This document shows positions 1-13,047 of a stretch of DNA of 64,000 nt, piece by piece. The stretch's first letter is position 1, and each line of letters starts with the position of its first letter. Source of the DNA: Pocillopora damicornis. Lineage: Eukaryota. The DNA lies in the NCBI RefSeq assembly GCF_003704095.1, contig NW_020846333.1, forward strand, positions 1 to 64,000. Reading direction: 5' to 3'. The position numbers were made by a program, and so were the translations under genes. The notes beneath the pieces are model-generated. The model worked only from the letters and a program-made list of their open reading frames with translations. It searched no databases and was not told the origin of the DNA.

Positions 1-321
1 TTAGTATCTTCTGTCAACAGCAATTTTTGTTAGCACTTAATTAGTAGAAAGGCAGATCAAATCAAAAATAAGAGTATTTTCAAAAATTAACTGTCACAAT
101 ATATGTTCCTATGTTTGATGAATGTGGTAGTCAAAACTTATCTGTGAATATAAGCCATATCAAAAGACTTAAAACTTTAAAACAGTAGATGCAAGTAAAC
201 TGCTCTTTTACATCAACATTTAACACGATAATGATGACAATTATGAATAACCAAAACAAAACAAAACAAAAAAACTATATTGAGTTTTCTCCTCATGCTA
301 AAACAACAGATAATGATATTG

Positions 322-365
322 ATAATAATAATAATAATAATAATAACAACAACAATACTAATAAC
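322..365. repeat. (AAT)n/(AAC)n microsatellite
   Basis: ataataataataataataataataacaacaacaat. Confidence 0.85.
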
Positions 366-1245
366 AGAAAATTGATTAAAAAAAAGACAAAACAAAACAA
401 AGAAAAACACTAACAAACATTGAGAAATTTAAAAAAATATATTTTCTTAATCACTTCTGGCTATCTGTGAAATTCAATATGACATCCCTCCTTCAAAACA
501 TACATACACTGTGCATTACTTGAAATTATATAATAAGGTGAATTATGCTGTATTTTGATTGGCTCTTGCTCATGGTTCATGATTTACTGGAGAACAGACG
601 CATAGATGACCTAACCATTAAAAAACTTTTGCTTTGTTTTAATATAAAACCAATAGATTTTATGTTACTGTGAATCTGCACAGTAATAGATCGCAGATGA
701 CATCAGAAGGTGGTGGGAACATAAGTGACACACTACCCTGCACCTCATATGCCACTTTCCTGTCTTCACCAGATTTTGACATCATCTGTGATATATTTCT
801 GAATAGATGTACATCTTCACAGATGGAGGCCAAAAAAGAATGCTCTTTAATTTATTAATGTAGTGTAAAAACAAACCTAATAACAACTGGTAATCAGAGA
901 ATGGCAAATACAATAACAAAGGACCCAGAATTCAACATAAGTAAACAACCTAAACTACAGGATTAACTAAGCCCTGATTGGTTTTACATATACAGTCATG
1001 TTACATCTGATTGGTTGAGTGAGTATTACATCTGATTGGTTGAGTGAATGACACAAGTTTTGTAGACCACTCAAATCGATTCCTTTGTGCACTAAGTGAA
1101 AATTGCTCCAACACCCATCCAGAGAGAGAGGCACAAAATTACTGATGCAAAAGGCAGATTTACCAGTGACTACAAAATTGTATTTAAAGATAGCATGAGC
1201 TTGATTACATTTCACAATATACATGAACAAAAATTTTTGCAAAGT

Positions 1246-1436
1246 CTACTTCTTCTTAAGATTTTCAAATCTCCCAGTAAGATCATCAAAGTCTACATCT
1301 TCACTGCCGGCACTGTTTCCCCCTCGAATACTGTCAGGCAAGTTTGGTAAATTTGTAGGTACTGCAAGAAGGTCTGGGAAACTGGAGCCTGATGAAGGGT
1401 GTGGTGCACTGGTGGGAGCAGGAGGCTGATGACGAG
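1246..1436 (-). CDS. IST1: Terminal coding exon of an IST1 homolog (ESCRT-III-associated), part of a 5'-truncated and possibly non-functional copy
   Basis: Translation ends ...SFPDLLAVPTNLP...GSEDVDFDDLTGRFENLKKK*, matching the IST1 C-terminal MIM2/MIM1 region (human ...DIDFDDLSRRFEELKKKT). Minus-strand acceptor ttctttcattttag ends at 1437; TAG at 1246-1248. Confidence 0.85.
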
Positions 1437-1558
1437 CTAAAATGAAAGAAGCCATGTCATTATTTTCTCAATATATCCCATAGAAAACAATAATGACGTT
1501 GTACCTATTTAACTTCCAAAATCTAATAACGAATTTTCCCTTCTACAATCACATAACT

Positions 1559-2050
1559 ACAGTTGAAGCTGTATTAAGCAGCACTGTATAATGTGCCCAT
1601 CCTGTATTAGCTGGTCAGCTTTTAAAGTCCGAACCCCCCCTCCTCATCCCTTTGATTGTTGGAATTTTAACCTCTATTAGACAGTCATGGTCACCCTTAA
1701 CTGAGTCTTAATGGCCTGTTTGTATTGTCTTCCACATGCATTAAACAATCCCTTAAAGTGCAAACGCTGAAGTAAAACTAAGAGTAATCTCTCAAGTAAA
1801 ATCTAATCCATGTTTATCCCCCAAATCAATGTTTAAAGCGTTCTATGCAAGTTTTTGTGCACAAAGTGGTCAGTTATAATATAAAATGTGGTTTATTATT
1901 ATCATCATTATTATTATTATTATTATTTTAATTAATTTTTTATTTTTTTAATACATCTATTCTGTGAAACCTGTATTGAGCAGTCAACCTGTATTATGTG
2001 GTCACCTCACCATTCCCTGTGGGTGACTGCATAATAAGGGTTCTACTACA
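1559..2050. mobile_element. Decayed non-autonomous DNA element (Tc1/mariner-like MITE) in the IST1 intron
   Basis: Imperfect inverted termini: tacagttgaagctgtattaagcag ... ctgcataataagggttctactaca. The subterminal motif ctgtatta recurs inside. Confidence 0.45.
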
Positions 2051-2162
2051 CTCAATATTTTCTTGTAACTTTAATGAGAAATTAGGAGTCAGTCATTATT
2101 AGAGGTTTAAGGGTTAACTCCTTAGCTAAACAGTAAAAGAAACCAACACTGTCAACACGTAC

Positions 2163-2234
2163 CTGGTGGGGAGGGGGCAGTATTCTGGTTGTTAAGAGGG
2201 CCCCCAGAGTAGGGCAGGAGGGTGGGACATTTCC
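2163..2234 (-). CDS. IST1: Penultimate IST1 exon (Pro-rich, 72 nt), internally deleted relative to the copy at 31386-31508
   Basis: Bounded by ...cacaacag| and |gtacgt on the minus strand. The frame that joins the last exon reads ...PYSGGPLNNQNTAPSPP. Confidence 0.6.
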
Positions 2235-2499
2235 CTGTTGTGTGAAAAAATGGCCATGTGAATATTACAATTTTCATATTTGACAAATTATAACAAATTA
2301 TCTTGTAAATGTTGTGTGGTATTTTGAGTGCCTCTATTTCCCCAGTTGCATGACTGAGTACTATGCCTATGCTATGTTACCCCATCTTATGGTGAAAACC
2401 TCCAAAAGCGCTTACCATCAATATCAATCATAACAACCATATTTTGACTGGAGGCTCTAACAATGTTTCTTCCTCTAAACACGAGCACTACAGTCAATA

Positions 2500-2690
2500 T
2501 CAACCCTTTCACTCCCATGAATGACCGAGGCAGAATTTCTTCTTGCAATATCAACACAACATCAAGCAGACAAGTGATGAGATGAAAGGAAAATATGAGT
2601 TGATCCAATACCAAATTCTCTTAACTAACAATAAGAGTTGTATGACAGTAAGGAGAATTACTAAATGAGATCCTGGGGTAAGAGGGTTAA
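2500..2690. mobile_element. TTAA-type (piggyBac-like) MITE; paralogous copy at ~31775-31953
   Basis: Termini (t)caacccttt ... agagggttaa, about 190 bp, related to the elements at 56332 and 57472. Confidence 0.6.
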
Positions 2691-4192
2691 AGTACATCAT
2701 GTAATATTGCACTAGGTGCCTTTTTTGTGTTCCAGAATTGCATGGCACAGAAACAAAGTGAAAAAGGCTGCATTTACAGCCCTGAGGAATTCTCTCATTT
2801 TCAACAAATTTTTTCCTAATGCAATTGCACAATGCTGCATTAAGAGCAAAAGCTCCTGATCAATGAGCCACTTGGCTCCAATACATACTTAACCTTTTCC
2901 TCGTTCAACGGGAATTCATCACATTTGAGTTATGGCAAGTATCTTCTTACTCCTATCACTGATGGGTACACCATGACTGCGAGCAATCTCGATCAAAAAA
3001 TTTTCCACTCACACCTTTGGTGGAGGTCTAGGATCAAGTTTCAGGATGAGCTACAAATAAAAGAAATTTCACAGAAAAATGTTTCAGATTTGAAACCTTT
3101 CATGGTGGCAAAACTATATACATGGAACACCTGCGACCAGTGAAACTTATTGTTTATTTGCAGATTTTAGACAGCTGTAGACTTCATTTATCTTAGACTA
3201 GAGCAGGAACAGGATTCCAAAAACTTCATTACTGATATTATCAATTGAAGTGTTACTTCATGATTAACCAATTATATTAAATGCCATAAAACCCTTTACA
3301 TTATCACTCTGTACCCATGTTATGTATCATTTGAATGACATAGTCAAAAGATTGATACCAAAAAAATAAGGTTACTGATAATGTGCTCTGATTCCAGAAC
3401 TGATAGTATATTGGACTTTATATAATTCCAAAAAAAAGCAATGTGTGCACAACCATATATATGATGACATTTCACACTGGACACCCATCCATTCTCCACA
3501 CTTTTTCTTGAATCAAGAGATATCTGTAGTTTTCAGCTAGAGTACTCTGTCTGGTAAATATCTCATTTTTTGTTCTGGATAACAATCTTTCATAGTTTAA
3601 AGCCAGTCACTCTTCTTCAGTGAAGAAATTTTTTCCTTTTTTAAATTTTCTGGTTTAAAGAAACGAGATAAAATTCAGTATAAAGAAACCTACTGTGAAA
3701 AGCTATCAGTAATTTTCAAATTACAGTCAAGTTAACACTCACTCTTTGATTCACTGTGCTATTGGCATTGATTGCAGCTTCATGTACAAAATGTTTGCCA
3801 TATTCAGTCTTAGCTAGTCAGAGATCTGCATGAAATGACAAATTAAAACCAATAATAAAATTAAATTCATTGAATAATAATTGGCAAATTATTCAAAAAT
3901 AACTTTCAAGACCTAAATACATTTGAACAATGTTTGCATCATTCTGCTTTGATTAATTTATAAATCAATTTCACTTTTATTCATGAATACAAAATATTGT
4001 CCTAATGACTACCATTGTAACTCTTTATTCAATCATCATGATCATTTTTGTAATAATTATAATACAGTAATTTGATTTTTCCTTTTTAAATGCTGTGCAT
4101 CCATCTTAGTGATATTGACTTTATGTGAGTCTTAGAGGATTGAGGCAAAACAGTCACTACAATAAATTTGGGAATTGAGATATGTCCAGAAA

Positions 4193-4340
4193 TGCATGCA
4201 GTAATAAAAATTACTATAGTAAAAATTTGCAAAAATCATCAAATCCATGAACATTCACTCAGCTTGACAAAATCTATGGACATTAATTCACTTGGTTCTA
4301 CAAAATTTCGTGAAATCTGCTACTTTCGTGACTGCATGCA
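4193..4340. mobile_element. Small inverted-repeat element with TGCATGCAGT...ACTGCATGCA termini; copy at ~33219-33358
   Basis: Terminal inverted repeats visible in both duplicated copies. Confidence 0.5.
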
Positions 4341-4569
4341 TGTTCTTTCTTCCTTTCAGCCTGGACTGGGGGTTTTCCCATAAAGTGCAAAGCTACATAT
4401 GAAGGGGTAGCTTCCAATTAAGTGTTATAAAAGTTCTCTTGGAATCAAATGATTGGGTGAGATTATCAAAGCACAAAGGGTTAAAGTTGTGTGGTTTTGG
4501 ACAATCAACTATTTTTCAAAATTCTGATTTTTAAAATTGAAAATCTTCCATTGGGAAAGCATTTTCTGT

Positions 4570-5448
4570 GAATCTTTTTCCGTTTCACCCTGAGGCAAAT
4601 AACTGAGATGTAAGTCTCCAGCTCATTTCTTCCAATAGTTGCTTCCAAATCGAACAGAGCAGCGGCTGTATGTCCACAATTACCCCATAAGCGTTATAAA
4701 AAGAAATAAAATGACAGGTCACTAATCTCCTATACCTTAAAGAGTCAGTTTATTCGTACAGAAACCCAAAATATCAAACAAAATTGGAAAACCATTAGCT
4801 CGTTCGCTTGTACAGAAAATTGAAAAAATACAGCACACACATGTGACTTTAGCCCGCCTTTACAAGCACAGTAAGCATAGGAAATGCTTCCAATATTTCT
4901 AAGCACGACAAAGCCCCAGTAGAATTCTTTCCATCTTCGGTTTTAGATCTTTCATTTAATTTCACTTTGAACTGGAAATAGCAGTATCCAGTCTGTTTAC
5001 CGGTCCCCATCGTGACCATCATCAATTATATCATAGTACTTCAGATCCTTCACATGCCCGTCAACAAACAAGCGAAAACCCTCAGGACTTTTATACGACC
5101 GTAAACAGTCTTCATCGTAACCATCTTTTCCAACCAGATAATGGTAAATATCGGAAAATCTGAAGTCTGGAATACCAGTGAACTCATGAATCCAAAACTT
5201 ATGAGAAAGTGGATGGGAAAGTAATTTTCCTCTTAGCAATGTTGTTGTCGAATTAATCAACTCGTCGCGCTCCAGTGTTTCCTTCTCAAGTTTTGGAATT
5301 TTTACACCGCCGCATTCTTGCAAAGCTCTAATAGTTCGGCCCTTTTTCTACTCTTACCGATTAAAGAAATCTGAAAAACCCTTTCTTTTTAAAACTTGTG
5401 TAGTTCTGGAACTTTCATATTTGTGAAGAGGGCATCATTTGTTGCCAT
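4570..5448 (-). mobile_element. Decayed, frameshifted transposon accessory ORF with a SWIM zinc finger (resembles the N-terminal half of YqaJ-nuclease proteins of ISL2EU/Kolobok-type DNA transposons)
   Basis: Pieces across frames: MATNDALFTNMKVPELHKF..., FSDIYHYLV...LRSYKSPEGFRLFVDGHV, FVVLRNIGSISYAYCACKGG, then after a likely decayed intron CGHTAAALFDLEAT (CxC...CxH). Several frameshifts. Confidence 0.65.
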
Positions 5449-5520
5449 GTTCCCCCCAGCCTCGACTTGATGTTAGTTACCAGACCTTCTCGCCAATTCT
5501 CGCCCACATGGTCAACACTG

Positions 5521-6266
5521 ATGGAGTCGCTTTNNNNNNNNNNNNNNNNNNNNNNNNNNNNNNNNNNNNNNNNNNNNNNNNNNNNNNNNNNNNNNNNNNN
5601 NNNNNNNNNNNNNNNNNNNNNNNNNNNNNNNNNNNNNNNNNNNNNNNNNNNNNNNNNNNNNNNNNNNNNNNNNNNNNNNNNNNNNNNNNNNNNNNNNNNN
5701 NNNNNNNNNNNNNNNNNNNNNNNNNNNNNNNNNNNNNNNNNNNNNNNNNNNNNNNNNNNNNNNNNNNNNNNNNNNNNNNNNNNNNNNNNNNNNNNNNNNN
5801 NNNNNNNNNNNNNNNNNNNNNNNNNNNNNNNNNNNNNNNNNNNNNNNNNNNNNNNNNNNNNNNNNNNNNNNNNNNNNNNNNNNNNNNNNNNNNNNNNNNN
5901 NNNNNNNNNNNNNNNNNNNNNNNNNNNNNNNNNNNNNNNNNNNNNNNNNAAGTTTGCATTTGTCAAATTTGCATAGTCACGGATCATCAAAACCACAAAG
6001 TTGATCTTCTCGACAAAGCAGCACACGAGGAGAAGCATAACATCATGTCGGGTGCTAAATTGATCAAGAAAATGGAAAGCGAGCTCCGGAATCTCATTAA
6101 GCAGTTTGAAGAAACCATTTCTGAGCTGGATAGCAATATGGCAACGGCTAAGCGAAGCGTCAGGAAAGCAGCTGAATAAGTGATCGCAGATATTCGAGAG
6201 CGCGAGCGAGAGGCGTTACAATCCCTCGAGGCAACACGCGTTTCGAGACTCCATAAAATTAACTCG
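5521..6266 (+). pseudogene. Class B TRIM-NHL copy with a premature stop; interrupted by gap 5534-5949 and truncated by gap 6267
   Basis: ATG GAG TCG CTT start as in other class B copies. B-box2 end and coiled coil follow the gap. In-frame TAA at 6177-6179 where paralogs have CAA/GAA. Confidence 0.8.
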
Positions 6267-6366
6267 NNNNNNNNNNNNNNNNNNNNNNNNNNNNNNNNNN
6301 NNNNNNNNNNNNNNNNNNNNNNNNNNNNNNNNNNNNNNNNNNNNNNNNNNNNNNNNNNNNNNNNNN

Positions 6367-7276
6367 CCAGGTTTTCCGCAAACTGAGCTGCTTGGTTCAT
6401 TTGTTTCACCAAGAATTCCACTTCCTGTTTAGCCGAGTTAATTTTAGAGAGTCTCGACACGTGTGTTACCTCGATGGATTCCAATGCCTCTCGCTCGCGC
6501 TCTCGAATATCTGCGATCATTTGTTCAGCTGATTGCTTGACACGTAGCTTAGCCGTTACCATATTGCTTTTTAGCTTAGAAATGGTTTCTTCAAACTGCT
6601 TTATGACTTCCCGGAGCTCACTTTCCATTTCCTTGATCAATTTAGCGTCCGACATGATGTTATCCTTTTCCTCGTGTGCTGCTTTGTCGAGCCCAACAAC
6701 TTTATGGTTTTCATGATCCGTGACTATGCAAATTTGACAAATGCAAACTTGACACTGCGAGCAAAAAAACCGTGCAATTTCTCTTTCGTGGAACTGTTGA
6801 GAACAAAACGGTTGTCGCCTTAACAATGCTTCGTAATCTTCTGTTTTGAAGTCTTGAAGTGGCGTGACTTTGTGTCCTTGAAAAGATTTCTTGAGCACTT
6901 CATGTGCGTTAAAACAACCAGGGCACATGAATCGTCCGCAATCGAAGCAGTAGTACATCTGAGAGTTGTTTGCACCGCATTGACAACAATTAATGCTACT
7001 TGCATCATCAGTCTGTCGAACAGCGAGAAGACTCAACAAATTGTTATGAAAAAAGCTGTTGGGCAAACGGTCGAAGCGATTTCCTTCTGATAAATCGATC
7101 GCTGCCTGACACTCGGGACATCGGAATTTTCCCTTTTTCTGGCTCACTCTTGCATGTTTCGCCAAACATTCACAGCAAAACGTGTGAAGACATGATATAG
7201 TTTTAGGCTCGGTGTAGGTATCGAGGCAAATCGAACAAGTAAGTTGTTTCTTGAGATTTACCAAAAGCGATTCCAT
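6367..7276 (-). CDS. Class B TRIM-NHL, N-terminal part (RING, B-box1, B-box2, coiled coil); 3' part lost in gap
   Basis: C3HC4 RING CSIC..CLHTFCCEC..CPEC; B-box1 CCQC..YCFDCGRFMCPGCFNAH; B-box2 CSQQFH..FCSQCQVCICQICIVTDH. Open to the gap. Confidence 0.9.
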
Positions 7277-7346
7277 CAGTATTGACAATAATTAAAAACG
7301 ATATATGTAAGCGACGTTCAAAATTGAATGATCAGTTTATTTCAGA

Positions 7347-7396
7347 TTCCTGGAAAACAGAACAAAGTCCGTTTCAGCTGGTTGCCTGTAGCCAAT
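7347..7396 (-). promoter_or_regulatory. Class B promoter: GAS palindrome TTCCTGGAA (7347-7355) and CCAAT box (7392-7396)
   Basis: Direct motif match 70-120 bp upstream of ATG 7276; homologous GAS at 46258-46266. Confidence 0.6.
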
Positions 7397-8114
7397 CACC
7401 TTCCTAAGCTCAGTTAAGCCTCTGTAACGTTATATTGTCTATCTGAAATGAGTCTTAACCTGTTGTCTGAGAGCTTTATTTTTGGAAAGTCTGCAAAAAT
7501 GGTCAAGGTTAACAANNNNNNNNNNNNNNNNNNNNNNNNNNNNNNNNNNNNNNNNNNNNNNNNNNNNNNNNNNNNNNNNNNNNNNNNNNNNNNNNNNNNN
7601 NNNNNNNNNNNNNNNCTTTGTTTTATCATTTAAACTTAATCCCCTGTCATTACTGAGTGGAATATGTTTAAAAAATATGTTTCAAGGCGACAGATAAACA
7701 GGTATAAGTCACAAACTGAAAAGGTCAACTAATATATTGAATGTCATCACTGAAGTCCTGACAGATTTCCGTTCTGCTTTCTCGGAAATCTATATATAGT
7801 CGTACAAAGTAGCTTTATGGTTTTTCAAAAGAAAACTATTTATTTTCTGTTTTCAATGAATAATGTCTTCAAAACCATAGGCGTTTTGATATCTGTGCGT
7901 TCAAAGATCTCTGGCAATGACTAAACCGAGGATATAGACTTCAAATAAGACAGATGAGAAATATAATCAAATGTCTCGCCAGAGGAATGCAAACCACAAT
8001 GCAAATTATTGTTTCGGTTTCCAGCTGACGACGTTGTTATCAACCAAATTTCCTTTCATGCGAGAAAGGGTTGCCACTGACGACAGAATAAATAAGTCTA
8101 AGTTGTAGAATCCG

Positions 8115-8171
8115 ATTGGCCAGAGGAAGTCAGTTGTCGTGGACTTTGTGCTGTTTTCTCGGAAACTGAAA
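8115..8171 (+). promoter_or_regulatory. Class A promoter cassette: inverted CCAAT, ETS core GAGGAAGT, overlapping GAS (TTCTCGGAA 8156-8164) and ISRE-like GAAACTGAAA (8162-8171)
   Basis: Direct motif match, about 85-140 bp upstream of the ATG, conserved in paralogous promoters. Confidence 0.65.
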
Positions 8172-8254
8172 TAGTATCCCCTCGTTTCAGTGTTTTGACA
8201 GGGATCGTCGCTTGAATATCGAATGAGTTTAGTACAGTTTAACTGACGATCGTC

Positions 8255-9000
8255 ATGGATCCTCTCTTTAAGAATCTCAAGAAACAAGTTACTTGCTCAA
8301 TTTGTCTCGATACCTACACCGAACCCAAAACCATATCATGTCTTCACACATTTTGTTGCGAGTGTTTAGAGAGACATGCAAGAGTGAGCCAGAGACAAGG
8401 GAAATTCAGATGCCCCGAGTGCCAGGCAGAAATCAATTTACCAGAAGGAAATCGGTTCGACCGTTTGCCTAACAGCTTTTTCCACAAAAGTCTGTTAGGT
8501 GTCATTGAGGCGGAAGATCGCCAAGCCATTCCGAGGCAGCAACAGGGGACTTGCTCGCAGCATACGGAAGAAAGAGTACGTTATTACTGCTCCTCGTGTG
8601 AGGTGTATGTTTGTCCGATTTGCGTCACCGAAGACCACAGAGGCCATGCGTTTGACGTGCTTGAAAAAGCAGTGCAAGAGGGAAAGAAAAGCATAATGTC
8701 TGCTGTCGAGACCATCAAGGAAAAGGCAAACTTGTTTGGAGCAGAGCTAAGAAAATTAGAGGAAACTTCAGAGGATGTGGAAATGATTATCGCGATCGCT
8801 AAACAAGAAGTGTCGGAGGCAGCTGAACACGTGATCACAAAGACGCGACAACAAGAAAAACAGCTTTTAGAGTCCTTAGAAATGACGCGTAGGAAGAGAA
8901 TAGAGCAAATCAACTCGGCTAAACAAGAACTGGAATCTCTAATAAAAATAATAAACCGAGCAGCTGAATTTGCGGAGAATCTGGTGCAGAGAAGATCAGA
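8255..9000 (+). CDS. Class A TRIM-NHL, N-terminal part (RING, single B-box, coiled coil); truncated by gap
   Basis: RING plus CSQH..YYCSSCEVYVCPICVTEDH B-box; open to gap 9001. Confidence 0.9.
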
Positions 9001-10196
9001 NNNNNNNNNNNNNNNNNNNNNNNNNNNNNNNNNNNNNNNNNNNNNNNNNNNNNNNNNNNNNNNNNNNNNNNNNNNNNNNNNNNNNNNNNNNNNNNNNNNN
9101 AAAGTGATAGTGCCGGATATTTAAACGCGGACCGCTGTTTTTGATCGTCAATTGATTTTGAAAGTTCCTCATGATCATCTGTGAGTTTTTCTTTTAGTGC
9201 TAGACATGAGCCTTTTCAACAATTGAGGTTTAGGTGATATTATCTGCTTGACTGAAGATTGATTATTGAGAACGCAGTTTGAATTAATAACTGTTAAACT
9301 TTGTTTTAATAACCGGTTACATGAAGTGTGAAATGATATGTATGTTGGCAAAATTGAAGTGAGCGGGACAATAGATCTATAATTTGCAGCGTCGCTTTTT
9401 TATCAGTATTATTTCTTTTTTTGTGATAACGAACACCATACGATCAGACATAATTAGAATTCAAACATTTTGTCGACCTTTTTTAACCTAACTCTAATAA
9501 TTGCTCTTATTTAAATTCTCCATCCTTAACATTTCTCAATTATCTGTGTTCTCTGTGTTCTTACTAAAAGAGGATCCTTTTTCCTCTCCTCGCTCTTACC
9601 TTTTTGGTGTTAACCTTCAAAGGAACGCTCTCATTTCGAAGTTCCTTCTGCTTAACGGCAGTTCATGGTGTCGATAAAATATCACTACATTCTGTTGATT
9701 CAGTTCTAATTGTTTAAAGGACAAGATCACTCCAAAAATCGTGTACTTTTTTAACCAGCAGCAGAAAGTTTACACCAAGTCAAGGTCTAAACCCATTTTT
9801 TCAGCTTCCAAAATCACTTCAATCCCTATGAAAACTTATACCGCAAAATTCCTCACGCGCACCGCCATTTTGAATAGCTAATCATCCGCGCGGGATAAAT
9901 ACATTTCATTTGGTATGCGCCTACACAGGATACCTTTCTTTATCTGAGAATAAGACACTGGACTGTTTTGGCCTTAAAAGTATCATTAGAAGATGATTTT
10001 CTTTAAGGAGGTTTGTGACATATGTCTTGTCCAGATCTATTTCGTTAGCATCTCGAATCAATAGACACGAGTGAGCCTGGGTAAGCAACTACAATGTCTT
10101 TTAACAGAAACGTCACGCCGAGATACACACAGTGAGGTTACGATTCACCTTGACATGACCAAAGCACTTTGATCAACTTGGCGTGGAAACTTGAAA

Positions 10197-10433
10197 CTCG
10201 GAAGGCCAGTAACAACATAGCCAGAATTGCAACGCACTGGACACCTGAAGGCAAGCGAAGCAGAGGGCGCCCGAAAACAACTTGGCGCAGGACAGTAGAG
10301 AAGAGACTAAGGGGGCTCAATTACAGCTGGAGCACCATTGAAAAACTGGCTTAAGACAGAGAGGGTTGGAAGGATTTCGTTGCTGCCCTATGTGCCACAC
10401 ACAGGCGTGATGGGTAGTAAGTAAGTAAGTAAG
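10197..10433 (+). mobile_element. 3' end of an RTE-clade non-LTR retrotransposon with a (GTAA)n tail
   Basis: HWTPEGKRSRGRPKTTWRRTVEK..WSTIEKLA*DREGWKDFVAALCAT is the typical RTE ORF C-terminus, followed by gtagtaagtaagtaagtaag. Confidence 0.8.
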
Positions 10434-11858
10434 TTATTGTTATACCTTTTTCCTCATTAGGAAGGGTAATGTAATCAAGAGATGAAAAAAACCGCTACAT
10501 TTATTCGTCAAACTTTTCTTTTTTTTTTTTCTTCCAAAAATTATATCCTATCACGAAAGTAGTGCTCGAAAGAACAAAAATGCGAACTTTTCCGGTCATG
10601 TGTTTCCGACAAAAAGTGATCCATCAAACCATTTTTGCAGGATTAAAAAAAGCTCCTTAGGTTTGCAATGCGTGCAAGAGCTGTCATTGTTGTGGCACGT
10701 GCGATTCACAACGTTTAAAAACCAATCCTGTAAAACTCGCTTCTTCCACGGGATGAGTATCGAGTTCGCTGAGAAATCAGGAACGTGAGAAATCTTTAAG
10801 CAAGTTTATGCGGGAAAAAAAATTAAATCGCTGCAGTTTAGCCGATAACAGGTATAGAAACTTTTAAACAATAGAGAAAACCATGTTCAAATCTGTAAGG
10901 ATTCATCTGAGGTACGGAGTTTTGTTGCCTCAGCTCTGTTGTCCTGATGGCGAATTATTGTTAGAAAATAAATGAACTCGACATAACTTTTCTTTTAATT
11001 TCAAGGGGAAACCAAGGTACTAATGATTTAGCAATTTTTTTAAAATGTTTCCCACTGAATTTTTAAATAACTTTATCTCAAAACTAATCATTCATAACAA
11101 CAAATTGTACATAACTTTTAAGTCTTATTTATTAAATGCATTCCCAATTTGTCTCGCCTCGTTATGTGGAACAAAACCTAAGACTATTTTTTTCAAAACA
11201 GCTTAGAGCTAACACTTCAGTTTAGTTAGAAAATCATTAAACACCTCTAATTATGACGTAATTACCCAGTAGATGTCCATTTTTAAAAACAGTTGTCACC
11301 TTACTTCTTGTGCTTGTTAAACACTTATGCATGTGAAATTATGCAATCATAAATTGTTCTTGAATTAAAGCTTAATTAACAATGTATTTTCTTAGAAAAC
11401 ACTTAATAAATCTATTCTAAACAATCAATGGTTATAAAAAGCAGCACATGGTCTTAACGTTTTCCACCTATATATTCTCAGCCTATAAAAAAAGTCAAAC
11501 TTGTTACATGTTTCTATACAGCATGTAGTTTTTCTACTACCCTTAAAGTTCTTGCTCTAAATTATTCAAATTGCTACTGACAATGCGCAGAAATTCTTCG
11601 AACTTAAAGAAAAACTTAAGATCGGAGAAAAAAAATTAAAGAGGATATTAATAAACCGAGAAGAAACATGGATGGCTAAGTGGTGAGGGATGGAGAAGAT
11701 TAAAACGGCTTGGAACTGACGAACTTGAAAGACCTGGGCTAATTACTTCGGGTCAAAAGGTTTTGGTCTCTAAGAGTAATTGTGAGTCTTGATATAATCG
11801 CTATCAGTTCTTCCAGTGACAAAACAACATTAAAAATAAAACAAAACACAGGTAAGGC

Positions 11859-12184
11859 TCAAGGTGCTTTTGTTATCTCCACAGGCTTAGATAAATGAGT
11901 GATACTTTTGCCGGTGAAGCGACCATCTAAAGAAAACTGCTGAACCTGGTTATTGCCAAAGTCACATACTAAAAGAATATTGGAGCTGTCTACAAGCAAA
12001 TCATACAGCGTTTGAAATTTTCCATCTTGATACCCTTCTTTGCCAAACTTGTATAAGAATGTTCCTGACTGATCAAAAGCTTTTATGCGGTGGTGGCCTG
12101 CATCAGTTACGAGAAACATGTTTTTGTAAGGAATGCAGCAGGTTGGCCATAAAAGTTTCTCTGGGCCTTTGTCTCCAAATGTGA
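11859..12184 (-). pseudogene. TRIM-NHL 3' fragment (NHL blades 4-6) with a deletion removing the normal C-terminus; 5' part in gap
   Basis: Ends ...ITKAP* instead of ...ITKAPDGRILVTSxxxKKVYILK*. About 100 bp is deleted through the normal stop into the 3' flank. Confidence 0.65.
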
Positions 12185-13047
12185 NNNNNNNNNNNNNNNN
12201 NNNNNNNNNNNNNNNNNNNNNNNNNNNNNNNNNNNNNNNNNNNNNNNNNNNNNNNNNNNNNNNNNNNNNNNNNNNNNNNNNNNNTTCTAATTTTTCTCGT
12301 TTTATTATCTGCAACAAAACCTGGGACTATTTTTCAAATCAGTTTAAAGCTAACACTTCAGCTTAGTTAGAAAATCAATAAGCACCTATAATTATGACAT
12401 AATTACCCAGTAGATGCCCATTATTAGAAACAGTTGTCACCTTATTTCTTGTGCTTGTTTATTACTCATACATGTGAAATTATGCAATCGTAAATTGTTC
12501 TTGAATTAAAGCTTACTTAAAGATATATTTTCTTAGATTGAAAAACCTGCACTTAATCTGTCCTGACCAATCAGTGATTGCCAAAAGCAGCACATGGTCT
12601 TAACGTGTTCTACTTATATATTCTCAGCCTATAAAATAGTCGAAGTCGTTGAATGTTTATATACAGCATGTAGTTTTTCTGTTACACTACATATTTTTGA
12701 GGATTCTCTCTCAATTTCTTACTTTAGATTATTCAAATCGCTGTCGACGATGCACAGAAATACCTTGACCTTAAAAAAAAAACCAAATAAAACTTCAGAT
12801 CAGAGAAATAGCTATTAAAGAGGATATTAATAAACCAAGAAGAAACATGGATGGCCAAGTGACGACGGATGGAGAAGATTAAAGCGGCTTGAACTACTTC
12901 AAGTCAAAAGGTTTTTGTCTCCAAGTGTAATTGTAAGTCTTGATATTATCTAAGAGTTCTTCCAGACAAATGATAAAACAGTATTAAAAGTAAAACAAAA
13001 CACAGGTAAGGAGTGGTTTAAGAAGCAAAGTTCACTTTTGAAAGAGT

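Noticed and set aside
189-416. Asn/Lys-rich and Ile/Phe-rich ORFs
   Set aside because: Translations of an AAT microsatellite and A-rich low-complexity DNA.
530-860. Probable interspersed repeat and the 62-aa ORF at 670-858
   Set aside because: Looks like a decayed dispersed repeat, but it is single-copy in this window so family and boundaries cannot be supported; the ORF has no coding hallmarks.
3015-3050. Possible extra IST1 micro-exon (LILKLDPRPPPK) with AG/GT-like boundaries
   Set aside because: Splice signals are plausible but the donor is ambiguous, there is no counterpart in the second copy and no clear homology.
5415-6179. Long ORFs running through N-gaps (also 28484-29239, 35868-36530, and the joined ends of 5987-7288, 13955-14599, 15177-17273, 61376-63058)
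   Set aside because: X-runs hide stops and join unrelated contigs; only the called bases were annotated.
9714-10195. Possible Kolobok-like non-autonomous element starting ttaaaggacaag
   Set aside because: No matching second terminus or TSD is visible; the sequence is cut by the RTE fragment.
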